64,000 nt of DNA from Eledone cirrhosa (Eukaryota), in assembly GCA_964016885.1 (NCBI GenBank), contig OZ024741.1, positions 286,316,001 to 286,380,000 on the forward strand, written 5' to 3'. The notes beneath the pieces were generated by a model. It was given only the letters and a program-made list of their open reading frames with translations. It was not told the origin of the DNA and made no database searches. Shown here piece after piece: positions 13,750 through 25,214 of this stretch. The position numbers and the translations under genes are program-made. Within the stretch, counting starts at the first letter, position 1. The number at the start of each line of letters is the position of its first letter.

Positions 13750-13897
13750 GGCGGGAAATTGTCAGAATCGTTAAAACGTCGGCTAGAATGCTTCGTGATG
13801 TTCGTTCCGGCTCTCTGCGCTCAGATTTCAAATCTTGCCGTAGTTAGCTTCGCCGTTCAGCCATACGAGGTCGATAATAAAACGGTACTAGTCCAGT
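13750..13897 (+). mobile_element. Degenerate tRNA-derived SINE (octopus OK-like)
   Basis: A-box-like ggcgggaaattgtcagaatcgtt, B-box-like tttcaaatc, 3' ggtcgataa..gtac. Related copies at 14218, 43640 and 62290. Confidence 0.6.
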
Positions 13898-13933
13898 AAT
13901 CCGTATGATTCTTCCCCCATCTCTTTCTCATTT

Positions 13934-14110
<177 letters not shown>

Positions 14111-14217
14111 GCATCTTGTACGGTTAGTATATTATTGACTAACTTATTGTTTTCGTTAAGCAATTTGTTGTAGTCACAAATTTGTGGCTAGATTATTTGC
14201 ATCTACTCTATCAGCCA

Positions 14218-14380
14218 CGTCGGTGAGTTGGGGATCTTAAGAGAGCGTTGGATACATTGCTTTGCTGTATTTGCTCCGATTGTCTCCGCTCCGAGTTCAA
14301 ATGTCGTTGAAGTCAACTCACCTTTCATTGTTTCGGGTCGATAAATGACATACATGTCCAGTAATGGGGGTGATTTTCTC
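14218..14380 (+). mobile_element. Degenerate tRNA-derived SINE (OK-like)
   Basis: cggtgagttgg...gagttcaaat...cctttcat...gggtcgataaat. Confidence 0.6.
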
Positions 14381-14435
14381 TGGGATGGAGCGGTAATTCA
14401 ACGGCTCAGTCGTGTCACATGGTGTATTGTGTATA

Positions 14436-14738
14436 CAGTTGTCCTCCGGTATTCGTTGGGGTTACGTTCCTAGAGCACCTGCAAAGAGTGAAAACCGCGA
14501 ATATTGGACGTGGTCCATAAAAATGCCTACAAACGTCAAAGCATAACGTAAAATATTGTTCTTAATAATTTAGTGTTAAAAAGCATAAAACGATATATAT
14601 TACCATGAAAAAAGCCATAAAATCATGGAAGATATTTATGATTCCGCGAATATACAGCAGCTTCCACGAATAATTCTTAGTTAGGCTGTAAGGAAAATCC
14701 CGTGAATAATCGGGACCGCGAATGCGGGTGGTACACTG
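14436..14738. mobile_element. Tigger/pogo-like MITE
   Basis: TA-CAGT...ACTG-TA termini with imperfect TIRs (cagttgtcctccggtattcg / cgaatgcgggtggtacactg). Confidence 0.7.
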
Positions 14739-14773
<35 letters not shown>

Positions 14774-14866
14774 CCATATGCGGTTAACAGCTGAGTGTAA
14801 AGAGTATTCACCTTCACTCTCCCTGAATCTCCATTTATTTATATTGTGTCTGCTATTAAATGTTAG

Positions 14867-14915
14867 TTCTTCTCTGATGACCCTGTGATAAACAGGTGAA
14901 ACTACAGAGAAAGAA
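14867..14915 (+). ncRNA. Degenerate minimal hammerhead ribozyme
   Basis: ttcttct-CTGATGA-cctgt/acagg stem II-GAAA-ctacag. Cleavage triplet is mutated and stem I is partial. Confidence 0.5.
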
Positions 14916-15184
14916 GACTCACCATAATAAAATAAATATATATATGTGTGTCTGTACGCGCGCGCGTGTATGTGTGTGTGTGTGTGTGTGTGCGTGTGCA
15001 TGTGTATTCGTTTACTGCTTTCTGTCGTTGCTTTGTGTCTATGCTGGGATACCGACTTCAAACGTTGAGCTGATGATATTAAACCCAGTATTTATTTCAG
15101 TCTAGGATTTATATTGCTGATCTATATTGGTCGGATAGGTAAAATATAAACACAACCATACAGAGGATCAAGGAACTATAGAAC

Positions 15185-15257
<73 letters not shown>

Positions 15258-15387
15258 TGTGATTCCTGCACACGAAAAATCATTCCGAAACCTTAGTGTT
15301 GACACTCTCTCGCTACACAGAAATATGCACATGCACACACATATGCATGCATACATGTATACATACATACATACATACATTCATACA

Positions 15388-15430
15388 TGATGGCTGCCCC
15401 CTCGTTATCGAGTATGGCCATTGCACAATA
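15388..15430 (-). mobile_element. Very short RTE-type 3' terminus
   Basis: Reverse complement tggccatactcgataacgagggggcagccatca resembles the RTE-SINE 3' end at 21172-21206. Followed by (TATG)n. Confidence 0.55.
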
Positions 15431-15445
15431 AAAAAAAAAAAAAAA

Positions 15446-15514
<69 letters not shown>

Positions 15515-15547
15515 GAAAAAAAAAAAAAAAAAAAAAAAAGGGAAAAG

Positions 15548-15578
<31 letters not shown>

Positions 15579-15702
15579 TATATATACATATATATATACA
15601 TACACATATATATACACACACACATACATACACATACATACATATATACACACACACATACATACACATACACTCACACATATACACACATACATTAATA
15701 AC

Positions 15703-15745
<43 letters not shown>

Positions 15746-15824
15746 GCAATAATATTAATAACGACAACAACAACAATAATATACATATTCATATATATAT
15801 ACACACACACGCACGCACATAAGC

Positions 15825-15829
<5 letters not shown>

Positions 15830-15862
<33 letters not shown>

Positions 15863-18800
15863 GATAGCAACTAACAGTGCTGCGATCGAATGTGGCTTTT
15901 TAGCCCAGCCAATGATCTAAAATGTCTTGCACAGAGTCGGCAACCAAAACATTTACTGGGAATAGTCGGCTGTGGTTGGAGTTCGTGTACTTTTGCATGT
16001 CGCTTGAGTCCTCCTGCTGATTTACATTCTCTACCACATGTTTGGCAAGCATGATGAGTAGCATCTCCAACAGCAGCCTGGTAGTCAACCACTGGTCTTA
16101 CTTTATGACTGCGAAGATGACTTTCGAGTCCAGCTTTGCTTAGGCAGAGTCTCGCACAGACGCTGCATGTCAGAAACATAGGAGGACCCTCGCCGTCTGG
16201 AAGTGCAACAGCAATACCCTTCCTCACGTCCCGCTTTACTTTCTCGTGTGCGATTCGAGATGCCTCAAAGGCAACTTTTCCCTCATATACAGTCTTTCTC
16301 CATTTATTACGATCAGCAGCAATATTTTCCCATGTATCAGCAGAGATGTTAGCGTCTTTCAGAGAGGCCTTCAAGGAATCCTTATACCTCTTTTTTGGTT
16401 TATGTGGCGGTCGTTTTCCTTTAACCAACTCTCCATAGAAGAGTTGTTTTGGTATTCTAGAATCCTTCATCCTGGCAAGGTGACCACTCCAACGGAGTCG
16501 CTGCTTAAGCACAAGAGCTTCTATACTGTCACACATAGAGCTTTCCAAAATCTCGACATCACTGATGTGGTCCCTCCAGCGAACGCCATGTATCCGTCTG
16601 AGACACATCTGATGGAAACGCTCCAATTGCCTAAGGTGGCGTCGATATGTGACCCAGGTCTCGCAGGCATAAAGAAGACAAGAGAGTACACATGCCCTGT
16701 ACACCCTTACCTTTGTCCTCCTGCATATGTCTCGCCGACCCCAGAGTCGCCTTTCTAGCTTTCCGAAAGCATCACTTGCTTTCCTAATCCTAAGTGAGAT
16801 TTCACTGTCAAGGTTGCCGTATCGATTGACAGTGCTTCCCAGGTAGACAAACTGATCAACCACTCCAAGTCGTTTGCCATACACATAGATGTTTGGTTCA
16901 GTGTACTGCCTACCAGGTGCAGGTTGGTACATGACGACGGTTTTCTTGAGACTGACAGTCAAACCCAGGGCAGTGCAAGCGTCAGAAAATACATTCAAAA
17001 TGTGCTGCATATCACTCTCTGTGTGCGCTACAAGATCGCAATCATCTGCATACAAGAGGTCTCTTATGACTGATGTAAATACCTTTGTCTTCGCAGCAAA
17101 GCGCCTGATGTTAAATATGCTGCCTGAGGTTCGATATCGGATGTAAACACCATGCTCGCAATTCCTGAATGCAACACAGAAAACCATTGCAAAGTATATG
17201 GCAAACAGGGTCGGTGCTGGAATATCCCCCTGTTTCACTCCATTTTTTACTGAGATAGGCTCCGACATGTTACCTCCGACATTAACCCAAGCCTTCATGT
17301 CGTCATGGAAAGACCTAACTAAAGCAAGGAACTTATCAGGGCAACCAAGTTTCTGGAGAATCTTCCATAATGCATCTCTGTTGACAGTATCGAAAGCCTT
17401 TGTCAGATCGACAAAAACCTGATACAGATCCAAGCCCTGTTCAATGCACTTCTCCTGGAGCTGTCTAGCTGAGAAGATCATATCAGTAGTGCCGCGTCCA
17501 ACACGAAAACCAGATTGACTTTCAGGAAGGACACAATCTGCAATGTGTGTCAGCAGACGGTCCAGAAGCACCCTACATAAAACTTTCCCCACGACAGAAA
17601 GCAATGATATACCTCTGTAGTTCCCACAATCATTCCTGTTACCCTTTCCCTTGTACAAGACCACCATTACTGCATCTCTCCAGTCCTCAGGCACGGATTC
17701 ATTAGCCCATATCCTTCCAAACAGAGAGTGAAGATGTTGCAGGAGTCTCTCACCACCATATTGTAGGAGCTCAGCATGTATGCCATCCATACCTGGAGAT
17801 CTTCCACTGTTCAGCTTCGAAATAGCCACTGCAACCTCCACAAGTGTCGGAGGTTCTGCGAGAGCTACTTTCACAGGACTTTCCGGAATGAGATTGAGGA
17901 AATCTTCACTGACGACAGACGGCTGATTCAAAAGATCATCAAAGTGCTCTCGCCACCTTCGTAGAATTCCCTGTGAGTCACGAAGAAGTTCTTTGCCATC
18001 CCTGCTGCGAATCGGTGTCACCAGAGAAGAAGACGGTCCATAAACCTCACGCAAGAGACTGTACAACAGCTTTGTGTTATTGCAATCAGACGCAGTTTGT
18101 ATCTCACCAGCCTTCTCACTCCACCACTGATCCTTCATCTGAGAAAGACTCCGCCTAACACGTGATTTTACATCCCTGAGCTCCTCATGCAACGTATTCC
18201 TCTCCTGTGGTTTTGCCATCAAGTAGCGTGACAGAGCACGCCTCTTATCAGCCAACAAGTCTTCTATATGTACATCATTCTCATCAAACCAGTCCTGATG
18301 TTTTCTCTGCACCAATCCCAGAACACGCCTGCCTACATCATAAACCGACTTTTTAAGGGTCGGCCAATCCTCACCAAGATCTGCAGCCTGCATCTCTTCT
18401 TCCAATGTCCTCTTCACATTTTTATCCTTAAGACGAGCAGCATTCAATCTTTTGGGCAGGGTAACACCAGGAGCCCGGATTTTACGTTTGGTGATTAGAT
18501 TCACTTTTGCGCGCACCAGGCGGTGGTCCGTCCAGCACTCAGCTCCACGAAGAACACGAACACACTGCACATCCTGTCTGTCACGCATCCTGACTAGGAC
18601 GTAGTCCAAAAGATGCCATTCCTTAGATGCAGGATGCATCCATGTGGTCTTGAATTTGTTCTTTTGTTGGAACATGGTGTTGGTAACACACAGATCCAGC
18701 TCCTCACACATCTGCAGCAAGAGCATACCATTGCTGTTACACTTTCCCACCCCATGCCTTCCGATTACATTCCATGTGTTAAAATCCCTACCCACTCTAG

Positions 18801-19457
18801 CATTAAAGTCACCAAGCACGATGACTTTGTCTGCCTGAGGGATATTTCTTAAAACACCTTTCAAGGCATGGTAAAAGGACAGTTTTTCTTCATCGACAGA
18901 ATTCATAGTTGGAGCATACACACTCACCAGGGTAGCATATCTTCCCTTGTCCAGCGGAACTCTCATGGACATAAGACGCTCACTAATCCCCACTGGGAAT
19001 TCTTCTAATTTATTCACCAGTACAGTCTTAACAGCAAATCCCACCCCAGCCTCTCTTCTGGTTCCTTCATCTCTTCCTTTCCAGAAGAATGTATATTCTC
19101 CACAAAATTCCGCAAGATGACCATCTCCAGCTAACCTCGTCTCAGACAAAGCCACGATGTCAAGATCGTAACGTCGAAGCTCCTTCGCAACAAGAGCGGT
19201 CCTTCGTTCAGGACGCTCCAAAGAATCCCCGTCAAGCAGCGTCCGTACGTTCCAGCAGCCAAGACTAAATGCCCTGTTTGGCTCTATTACAATGGCACGA
19301 TGACGGGCGGGCCCAGGTTGTGATAACTTGGGGCCCCTGCCCTTATTGCCAATGATCTCTTTTGTTCCAGAACCCAAATTGGCAATTATCTCGTTTACAT
19401 TGTTCTGGAACATCATTGAATTGGAAAAAAAAAAAAAAAAAAAAAAAAGTAATAATA

Positions 19458-19492
<35 letters not shown>

Positions 19493-19796
19493 ACACTATT
19501 AATAATTATTAATGCACTCGTGCAATGCCTGTGCGTGACGAATATTTTTAAAGTGAGGAAAGACTGTGCACTGAACCAATCCCACTCTCTGAGCGACAGT
19601 AGCTATAACCCGAAAAGAAGAAAAGATCAACATCATCGGTAACTACTGAGCCGCAGGTTTTATATCGGAGTTAACCCAGTTTCCTGAGATGCCTTCTCCT
19701 AGAAGAATACCCTGACATGGGCTAGGGGTTCTTCACTCCCAGTGGTTTAACTGCGCGATCGGGCATCCAGCCCGATTATTTCTATGTCCCCGCGCA
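15830..19796 (-). mobile_element. Full-length RTE (BovB-like) LINE with (TG)n tail
   Basis: Single intact ORF, ~380-bp 5' leader, stop codon almost directly followed by (TG)n. Confidence 0.93.
15871..19416 (-). CDS. RTE LINE polyprotein (1181 aa): APE endonuclease, reverse transcriptase, three C-terminal C2H2 zinc fingers
   Basis: WNVRTL, LSETRL, GDFNARVG, LDYV and TDH (APE); NYRGISLLS, DLTKAFDTV, GVKQG and YADD (RT); three CxxC-x12-HxxxH-type motifs. Confidence 0.96.
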   Translation of the reverse strand: MMFQNNVNEIIANLGSGTKEIIGNKGRGPKLSQPGPARHRAIVIEPNRAFSLGCWNVRTLLDGDSLERPERRTALVAKELRRYDLDIVALSETRLAGDGHLAEFCGEYTFFWKGRDEGTRREAGVGFAVKTVLVNKLEEFPVGISERLMSMRVPLDKGRYATLVSVYAPTMNSVDEEKLSFYHALKGVLRNIPQADKVIVLGDFNARVGRDFNTWNVIGRHGVGKCNSNGMLLLQMCEELDLCVTNTMFQQKNKFKTTWMHPASKEWHLLDYVLVRMRDRQDVQCVRVLRGAECWTDHRLVRAKVNLITKRKIRAPGVTLPKRLNAARLKDKNVKRTLEEEMQAADLGEDWPTLKKSVYDVGRRVLGLVQRKHQDWFDENDVHIEDLLADKRRALSRYLMAKPQERNTLHEELRDVKSRVRRSLSQMKDQWWSEKAGEIQTASDCNNTKLLYSLLREVYGPSSSLVTPIRSRDGKELLRDSQGILRRWREHFDDLLNQPSVVSEDFLNLIPESPVKVALAEPPTLVEVAVAISKLNSGRSPGMDGIHAELLQYGGERLLQHLHSLFGRIWANESVPEDWRDAVMVVLYKGKGNRNDCGNYRGISLLSVVGKVLCRVLLDRLLTHIADCVLPESQSGFRVGRGTTDMIFSARQLQEKCIEQGLDLYQVFVDLTKAFDTVNRDALWKILQKLGCPDKFLALVRSFHDDMKAWVNVGGNMSEPISVKNGVKQGDIPAPTLFAIYFAMVFCVAFRNCEHGVYIRYRTSGSIFNIRRFAAKTKVFTSVIRDLLYADDCDLVAHTESDMQHILNVFSDACTALGLTVSLKKTVVMYQPAPGRQYTEPNIYVYGKRLGVVDQFVYLGSTVNRYGNLDSEISLRIRKASDAFGKLERRLWGRRDICRRTKVRVYRACVLSCLLYACETWVTYRRHLRQLERFHQMCLRRIHGVRWRDHISDVEILESSMCDSIEALVLKQRLRWSGHLARMKDSRIPKQLFYGELVKGKRPPHKPKKRYKDSLKASLKDANISADTWENIAADRNKWRKTVYEGKVAFEASRIAHEKVKRDVRKGIAVALPDGEGPPMFLTCSVCARLCLSKAGLESHLRSHKVRPVVDYQAAVGDATHHACQTCGRECKSAGGLKRHAKVHELQPQPTIPSKCFGCRLCARHFRSLAGLKSHIRSQHC

Positions 19797-20237
19797 AAAA
19801 AAAAAAAAAAAAAAAAAATTACTTATTGACACTTATACGTACGACATACACACACACGCATACATATGCGTGCACACAGCAACACTCACACACACAACAA
19901 ACACACACACACGCTACTCTACTCACTTACACGCACACACACACATATATATATATATATTACCGTCATTACTGATACAAGATTACCAGATTATGTCAAC
20001 TGTTGACTTTCAAGAGTTTGTATAGTTGAAGCCGATCGTATTACAGTCCAGTATTACTATAATTGCTTTACAGCATAGAGTTATGGCTCTCCACGGAGTC
20101 AACAAAAGAGAGTACCAGTGATGCGCTGGCCAGTCGCTGGATCCGTGCCAAAAGCAGAAAAATTATTATTAAAGTTGTTCTTAAGGTCGCTGGTGATGGT
20201 GATGGCGACGGCGGTGGCGGTTGATGTTGTTGTTCTG

Positions 20238-20284
<47 letters not shown>

Positions 20285-21171
20285 GTTATTTTGAGTTTTT
20301 CTTTTCCTTTCTTTTTTTCTCCCTTTTTTTTTTATTTTTTTTTTATTTTTTTTTTTTTCCCCTTCCCTTTTCTTTTTTCTTTTCCCTTCCTTTTTTTATG
20401 TTTTGATGCCGCTGTTGTTGTTGTTGTTGTAATTGTTGTAAATGTTCATTTCAGTTCATTCTGAAGCTGTTGTTGCTGTAAACATTAGTGCCGGTGTTGT
20501 TGTTGTTGTAGATGTTGGGGTTGAAATCTGGTTGTTTGACTGAGTGATGTATATACACACATATACATACACACACATATGAGTGATGTATATACACACA
20601 TATACATACACACACATATATATATATACATTCATCAGAGAGTAGAGGGTTTGACAACAGGTCGATGACTTTAGTCTCGATAGGGTATGGTATGGTAATG
20701 ACATGTGATGGTGGGGAGAGAGTGTAGACGTTATTGTGGTGGTGTGGACAGTGAGATGTATCTAGTTCATTTGACCGTTTTCTTCTCTTAGCAAAATTTG
20801 AATTCTAGCCATGTTATATTGAGATGTAAGTAAATGTAAAATATAAATAAGGATTGCTCTGCTAAAATATACTAAAATATTTGTGTAACTTCCACAAACT
20901 TCTGTCGTGACATTCCCATTTTGTATTCTGAAACATCAAAATACAACAATTTGTTGGTTACTGGACTCGGGAATGTCACATTCATACATACATACATACG
21001 TACATACATAAATACATGCATACATATACATACAAACATACATAAATACTTACATACATACACACACACACATACATACATACATACATACATACATACA
21101 TACATACATACATACATACATACATACATACATACATACATACATACATACATGCATACATACATACATAC

Positions 21172-21386
21172 ATGGTGGCTGCCAACTCGTTTTCGAGTAC
21201 GGCCACTACTTTATATCCATGTAGGAGAACCCCTACCGATGCGCTATACAAGTGTGACTTTTTAGTCCAGCCAGCGACTTGAAAACTCTGGTACAAACAC
21301 TACACTTGTGACAATTATTGACACATAGTGCTGGGCCCATGGTACCATGTGACGACAAATGCAGAGAGATCTCCAGATATAAAGCA
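21172..21386 (-). mobile_element. 3' part of RTE-derived non-autonomous element
   Basis: Near-identical to 49949-50160; encodes a C2H2 remnant [17 protein letters not shown]; (TATG)n tail. Confidence 0.85.
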
Positions 21387-21477
21387 TACATACATACATA
21401 CATACATACATACATACATACATACATACATACATACATACATACATACATACATACATACATACATACATACATAC

Positions 21478-21701
21478 ATGGTGGCTGCCAAGTCGTTTTC
21501 GGTGATTTGGGATGGCCATTGACTCTTAAGAGCTCCTTTTCCCTTTGACAGGTTTTGTTTTTAGTCCTGCAGGATGTCCAAAGTCACCCTCCACACCAAG
21601 AAACCTTGGTGGGGTTGCCAGTTTAGTCGCCAACCACCCGACCATGAGACAGGTTGTACTGGGATACATGTTACCAGTAGCACCAACTGGTGACCTGACA
21701 T
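21478..21701 (-). mobile_element. Internally deleted RTE-derived element: 5' head joined to the last ~23 nt
   Basis: 21500-21701 matches 50356-50557 and is fused directly to the terminal atggtggctgccaagtcgttttc. Confidence 0.85.
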
Positions 21702-21797
21702 AAACATACATACATACATACATACATACATACATACATACATACATACATACATACATACATACATACATACATACATACATACATACATACATAC

Positions 21798-23820
21798 TAT
21801 CCTAAGTTTAAAGTACTATCCTAAGGTTATAGACAGAGAGGGAGGACTCTATTTTCACTGATAAAATAAAATATTGCAGGGGTATATTTCAGGGGGACAG
21901 TCTCTCTGTGATATTGTTCATCTTGTCATTAAACCCCTTGTCTTTTCTATTCAAGAAATGTGAGGGATACATCATTGGCTCACAGGAGGAGAGAAATACG
22001 AACCTAACCCACAACTTCTTTGTGGACGATCTGAAACTCTATGCCAAGAACATGGATGGGATGAAGAAAAATCTTGACCTGGTTACGACGTTCTCAAAGG
22101 ATATAGGAATGGAATTTGGCGAAGATAAATGCTCATATATGACTGTAAAACGGGGAAAAACAACAACCCAATCTAGCAACACTGTCATCAATGGTCTAAC
22201 TGTTTCACCGATATCTGATGAGGACTGCTACAGATACCTGGGGATAGATGAGAACATATCCTATAATGGTATCTGTAATAAAGAACGCGTAACCAGGAAA
22301 TACTACACCCGGTTAAGAAAGATCTGGTCATCGGAACTCTCTGCGCAAAACAAAACAGTGGCTCACAATGTGTTTGCTGTGCCTGTCCTAACACCAACGT
22401 TTCGAATACTCAATTGGACGATAGACGAAATTCGAGCAGTTGATGCTGGAACTCGAAAAATACTGAACAACACCGGAAACTTCCACATCAACAGTGACAT
22501 AGACCGCCTTTACTTTAAACGTAAGCAGGGAGGCAGAAGCCTAACATCAGTCCAGACAACATTTGAATGTCGCATCCTATCTCTCCCACAACATCTACGA
22601 ACCTCGAAGTGTAGGAGCCCGCTTCTCGAGCAAGTCTATCTGCATGAAACTGATAAGATCATGAGAGTTGGGAAGGAACTCCTTGAGAGATATTCCCTGT
22701 GTGATAATCAAAATCTCACCCCCAGGGATGTCGCTCAGCAGTATCGCAGTGAATGCATTGATGAAAAACTGCATGCCTATCAGCAAAAAATCATGCATGG
22801 ATATGTTGCCAGGAAGCTCCAGAGTGAGAGTAATATAGATAAAGAAAGTAGTCTATCTTGGACCAACAACCGCTATGTTGGCTCCCACTTTGAAGGATAT
22901 GCTTTTGCAATCCAAGAAGAGGAGATTAGCACGAAATACCTGATTCACAAAAGAGATAGGGATGCAGGCAAAACACCTAGATGTGATAACAAGTGCAGAC
23001 TCTGCAGAACTAACATCGAGGATATCACCCATGTCATGAGCAGCTGTCCAAAGATGTCATCGCGGTACTATCTACCTATGAGGCATGATGTAGTGGCCAA
23101 AACACTGTACAATGCAGTTCGTAAAAAAGATAGCCCGATAATAAACACATTAAAAGCTACAACAATGTGGAAGACATCCATGTACATAATATGAAAGATT
23201 ACTGGTGGAATGTTCCAGTAAAAGCTCCAATAAAATGCAAGCATAACAGACCAGATATTATGATATGGGACAGGGAGAAGAAAACATGCACAGTAGTGGA
23301 AATTAGCTGCCCAGCAGATGCCAATATAATATCAAAGATTAGTGAAAAGTAGAATATTTATGCAGAACTGATGAGAAATCTGCAGATACTCCACCCTAAT
23401 TACACCTTCAGATTTATGCCTGTGATTATTGGGGCACTGGGATATGTTAGTAACTGCCTCAATACAAATCTTGAGAAGCTAGGCTTCACAGGAACAGAAA
23501 GAACACAACTAGTTAGGAAACTACAAGTACAATCCATTAATGGAACAGTAAAAATATGTAAAACATTCCAAAAATTTTGCATCTAATAACTGCATATACA
23601 CATGTACAGATACAAAGCATATACACATGCACACTTACAACTCAAAACATCCACATCCACACATACAATAACATCCATATCTACACATGCATGCATACAT
23701 ACATATCTACCTAGTTGATGTGTAAATTCCAATGAGAGAGTCTTGTGTCTATGTTAGAAACCGACTCTCTCTCTATTGGTAAAACTTTGTGAAATAAAAA
23801 AAATCAGAAGAACATACATA
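21798..23820 (+). mobile_element. 5'-truncated R4-like RLE LINE, family C, copy 1, in (CATA)n
   Basis: HNFFVDDLKLY, CRLC..EDITHVMSSC, RHD, HNRPDI and PVIIGALG; 3' UTR ends agaagaacatacatac. Confidence 0.92.
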
Positions 23821-25214
23821 CCTTTACTTGAAACGTAAGCAGAGAGGCAGAGGCCTAACATCAGTCCAGACAACATTTTAATGTCGCATCATATCTCTCC
23901 GACAACATCTACGAACCTCGAAGCGTAGGAGCCCGCTTCTCGAGCAAGTCTATCTGCATGAAACAGATAAGATCATGAGAGTTGGGAAGGAACTCCTTGA
24001 GAGATATTCCCTGTGTGATAATCAAAAACTCACACCCAGGGATGTCACTCAGCAGTATCGCAGTGAATCCATGGATGAAAAACTGCATGCCTATCAGCAA
24101 AAAATAATGCATGGATATGTTGCCAGGAAGCTCCAGAGTGAGAGTAATATAGATAAAGAAAGTAGTCTATCTTGGACCAACAACCGCTATATTGGCTCCC
24201 ACTTTGAAGGATACGCTTTTGCAATCCAAGAACAGGAGATTAGCACGAAATACCTGATTCACAAAAGAGATAGGGATGCAGGCAAAACACCTAGATGTCA
24301 TAACAAGTGCAGACTCTGCAGAACTAACATCGAGGATATCACCCATGTCATCAGCAGCTGCCCAAAGATGTCATCGCGGTACTATCTACCTATGAGGCAT
24401 GATGTAGTGGCCAAAACACTGTACAATGCAGTTCGTAAAAAAGATAGCCCCGATAATAAACACATTAAAAGCTACAACAATGTGGAAGACATCCATGTAC
24501 ATAATATGAAAGAGTACTTGTGGAATGTTCCAGTAAAAACCCCAATAAAATGCAGGCATAACAGACCAGATATTATGATATGGGACAGGGAGAAGAAAAC
24601 ATGCACAGTAGTGGAAATTAGCCGCCCAGCAGATGCCAATATAATATCAAAGATTAGTGAAAAGGAGAATATTTATGCAGAACTGATGAGAAATCTGCAG
24701 ATACTCCACCCTGATTACACCTTCAGATTTATGCCTGTGATTATTGGGGCACTGTGATATGGTAGTAACTGCCTCAATCCAAATCTTGAGAAGCTAGGCT
24801 TCACAGGAACAGAAATAACACAACTAGTTAGGAAATTACAAGTACAATCCATTAATGGAACAGTAAAATGTGTAAAACATTCCAAAAATTGTGCATCTAA
24901 TAACTGCATATACACATGTACAGATACAAAGCATATACACATGCACACATACACCTCAAAACATACACAACCACACATACAATAACATCCATATCTACAC
25001 ATACATGCATGCAGACATACATACATATCTACCTAGTTGATGTTGTGTAAATTCCAATAAGAGAGTCTTGTGTCTATGTTAGAAACCGACTCTCTCTCTA
25101 TTGGTAAAACTTTGTGAAATTATAAAACCAGAACATACATACATACATACATACATACATACATACATACATACATACATACATACATACATACATACAT
25201 ACATACATACATAC
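23821..25214 (+). mobile_element. 5'-truncated RLE LINE family C, copy 2, with long (CATA)n tail
   Basis: Near-identical to 22508-23820; ORF 23975-24757. Confidence 0.92.

Noticed and set aside
15064-15158. gttgag-CTGATGA...aaaa-tata-aa-cacaac as a hammerhead
   Set aside because: GAAA and UH are both mutated; too eroded to call.
16136-18852. Plus-strand ORFs overlapping the RTE (and similar antisense ORFs over other LINEs)
   Set aside because: Antisense shadows of real TE coding sequence.
20632-20980. Possible PLE 3' remnant ending in CTGATGA (minus strand)
   Set aside because: Interrupted by microsatellite; no convincing protein motif.
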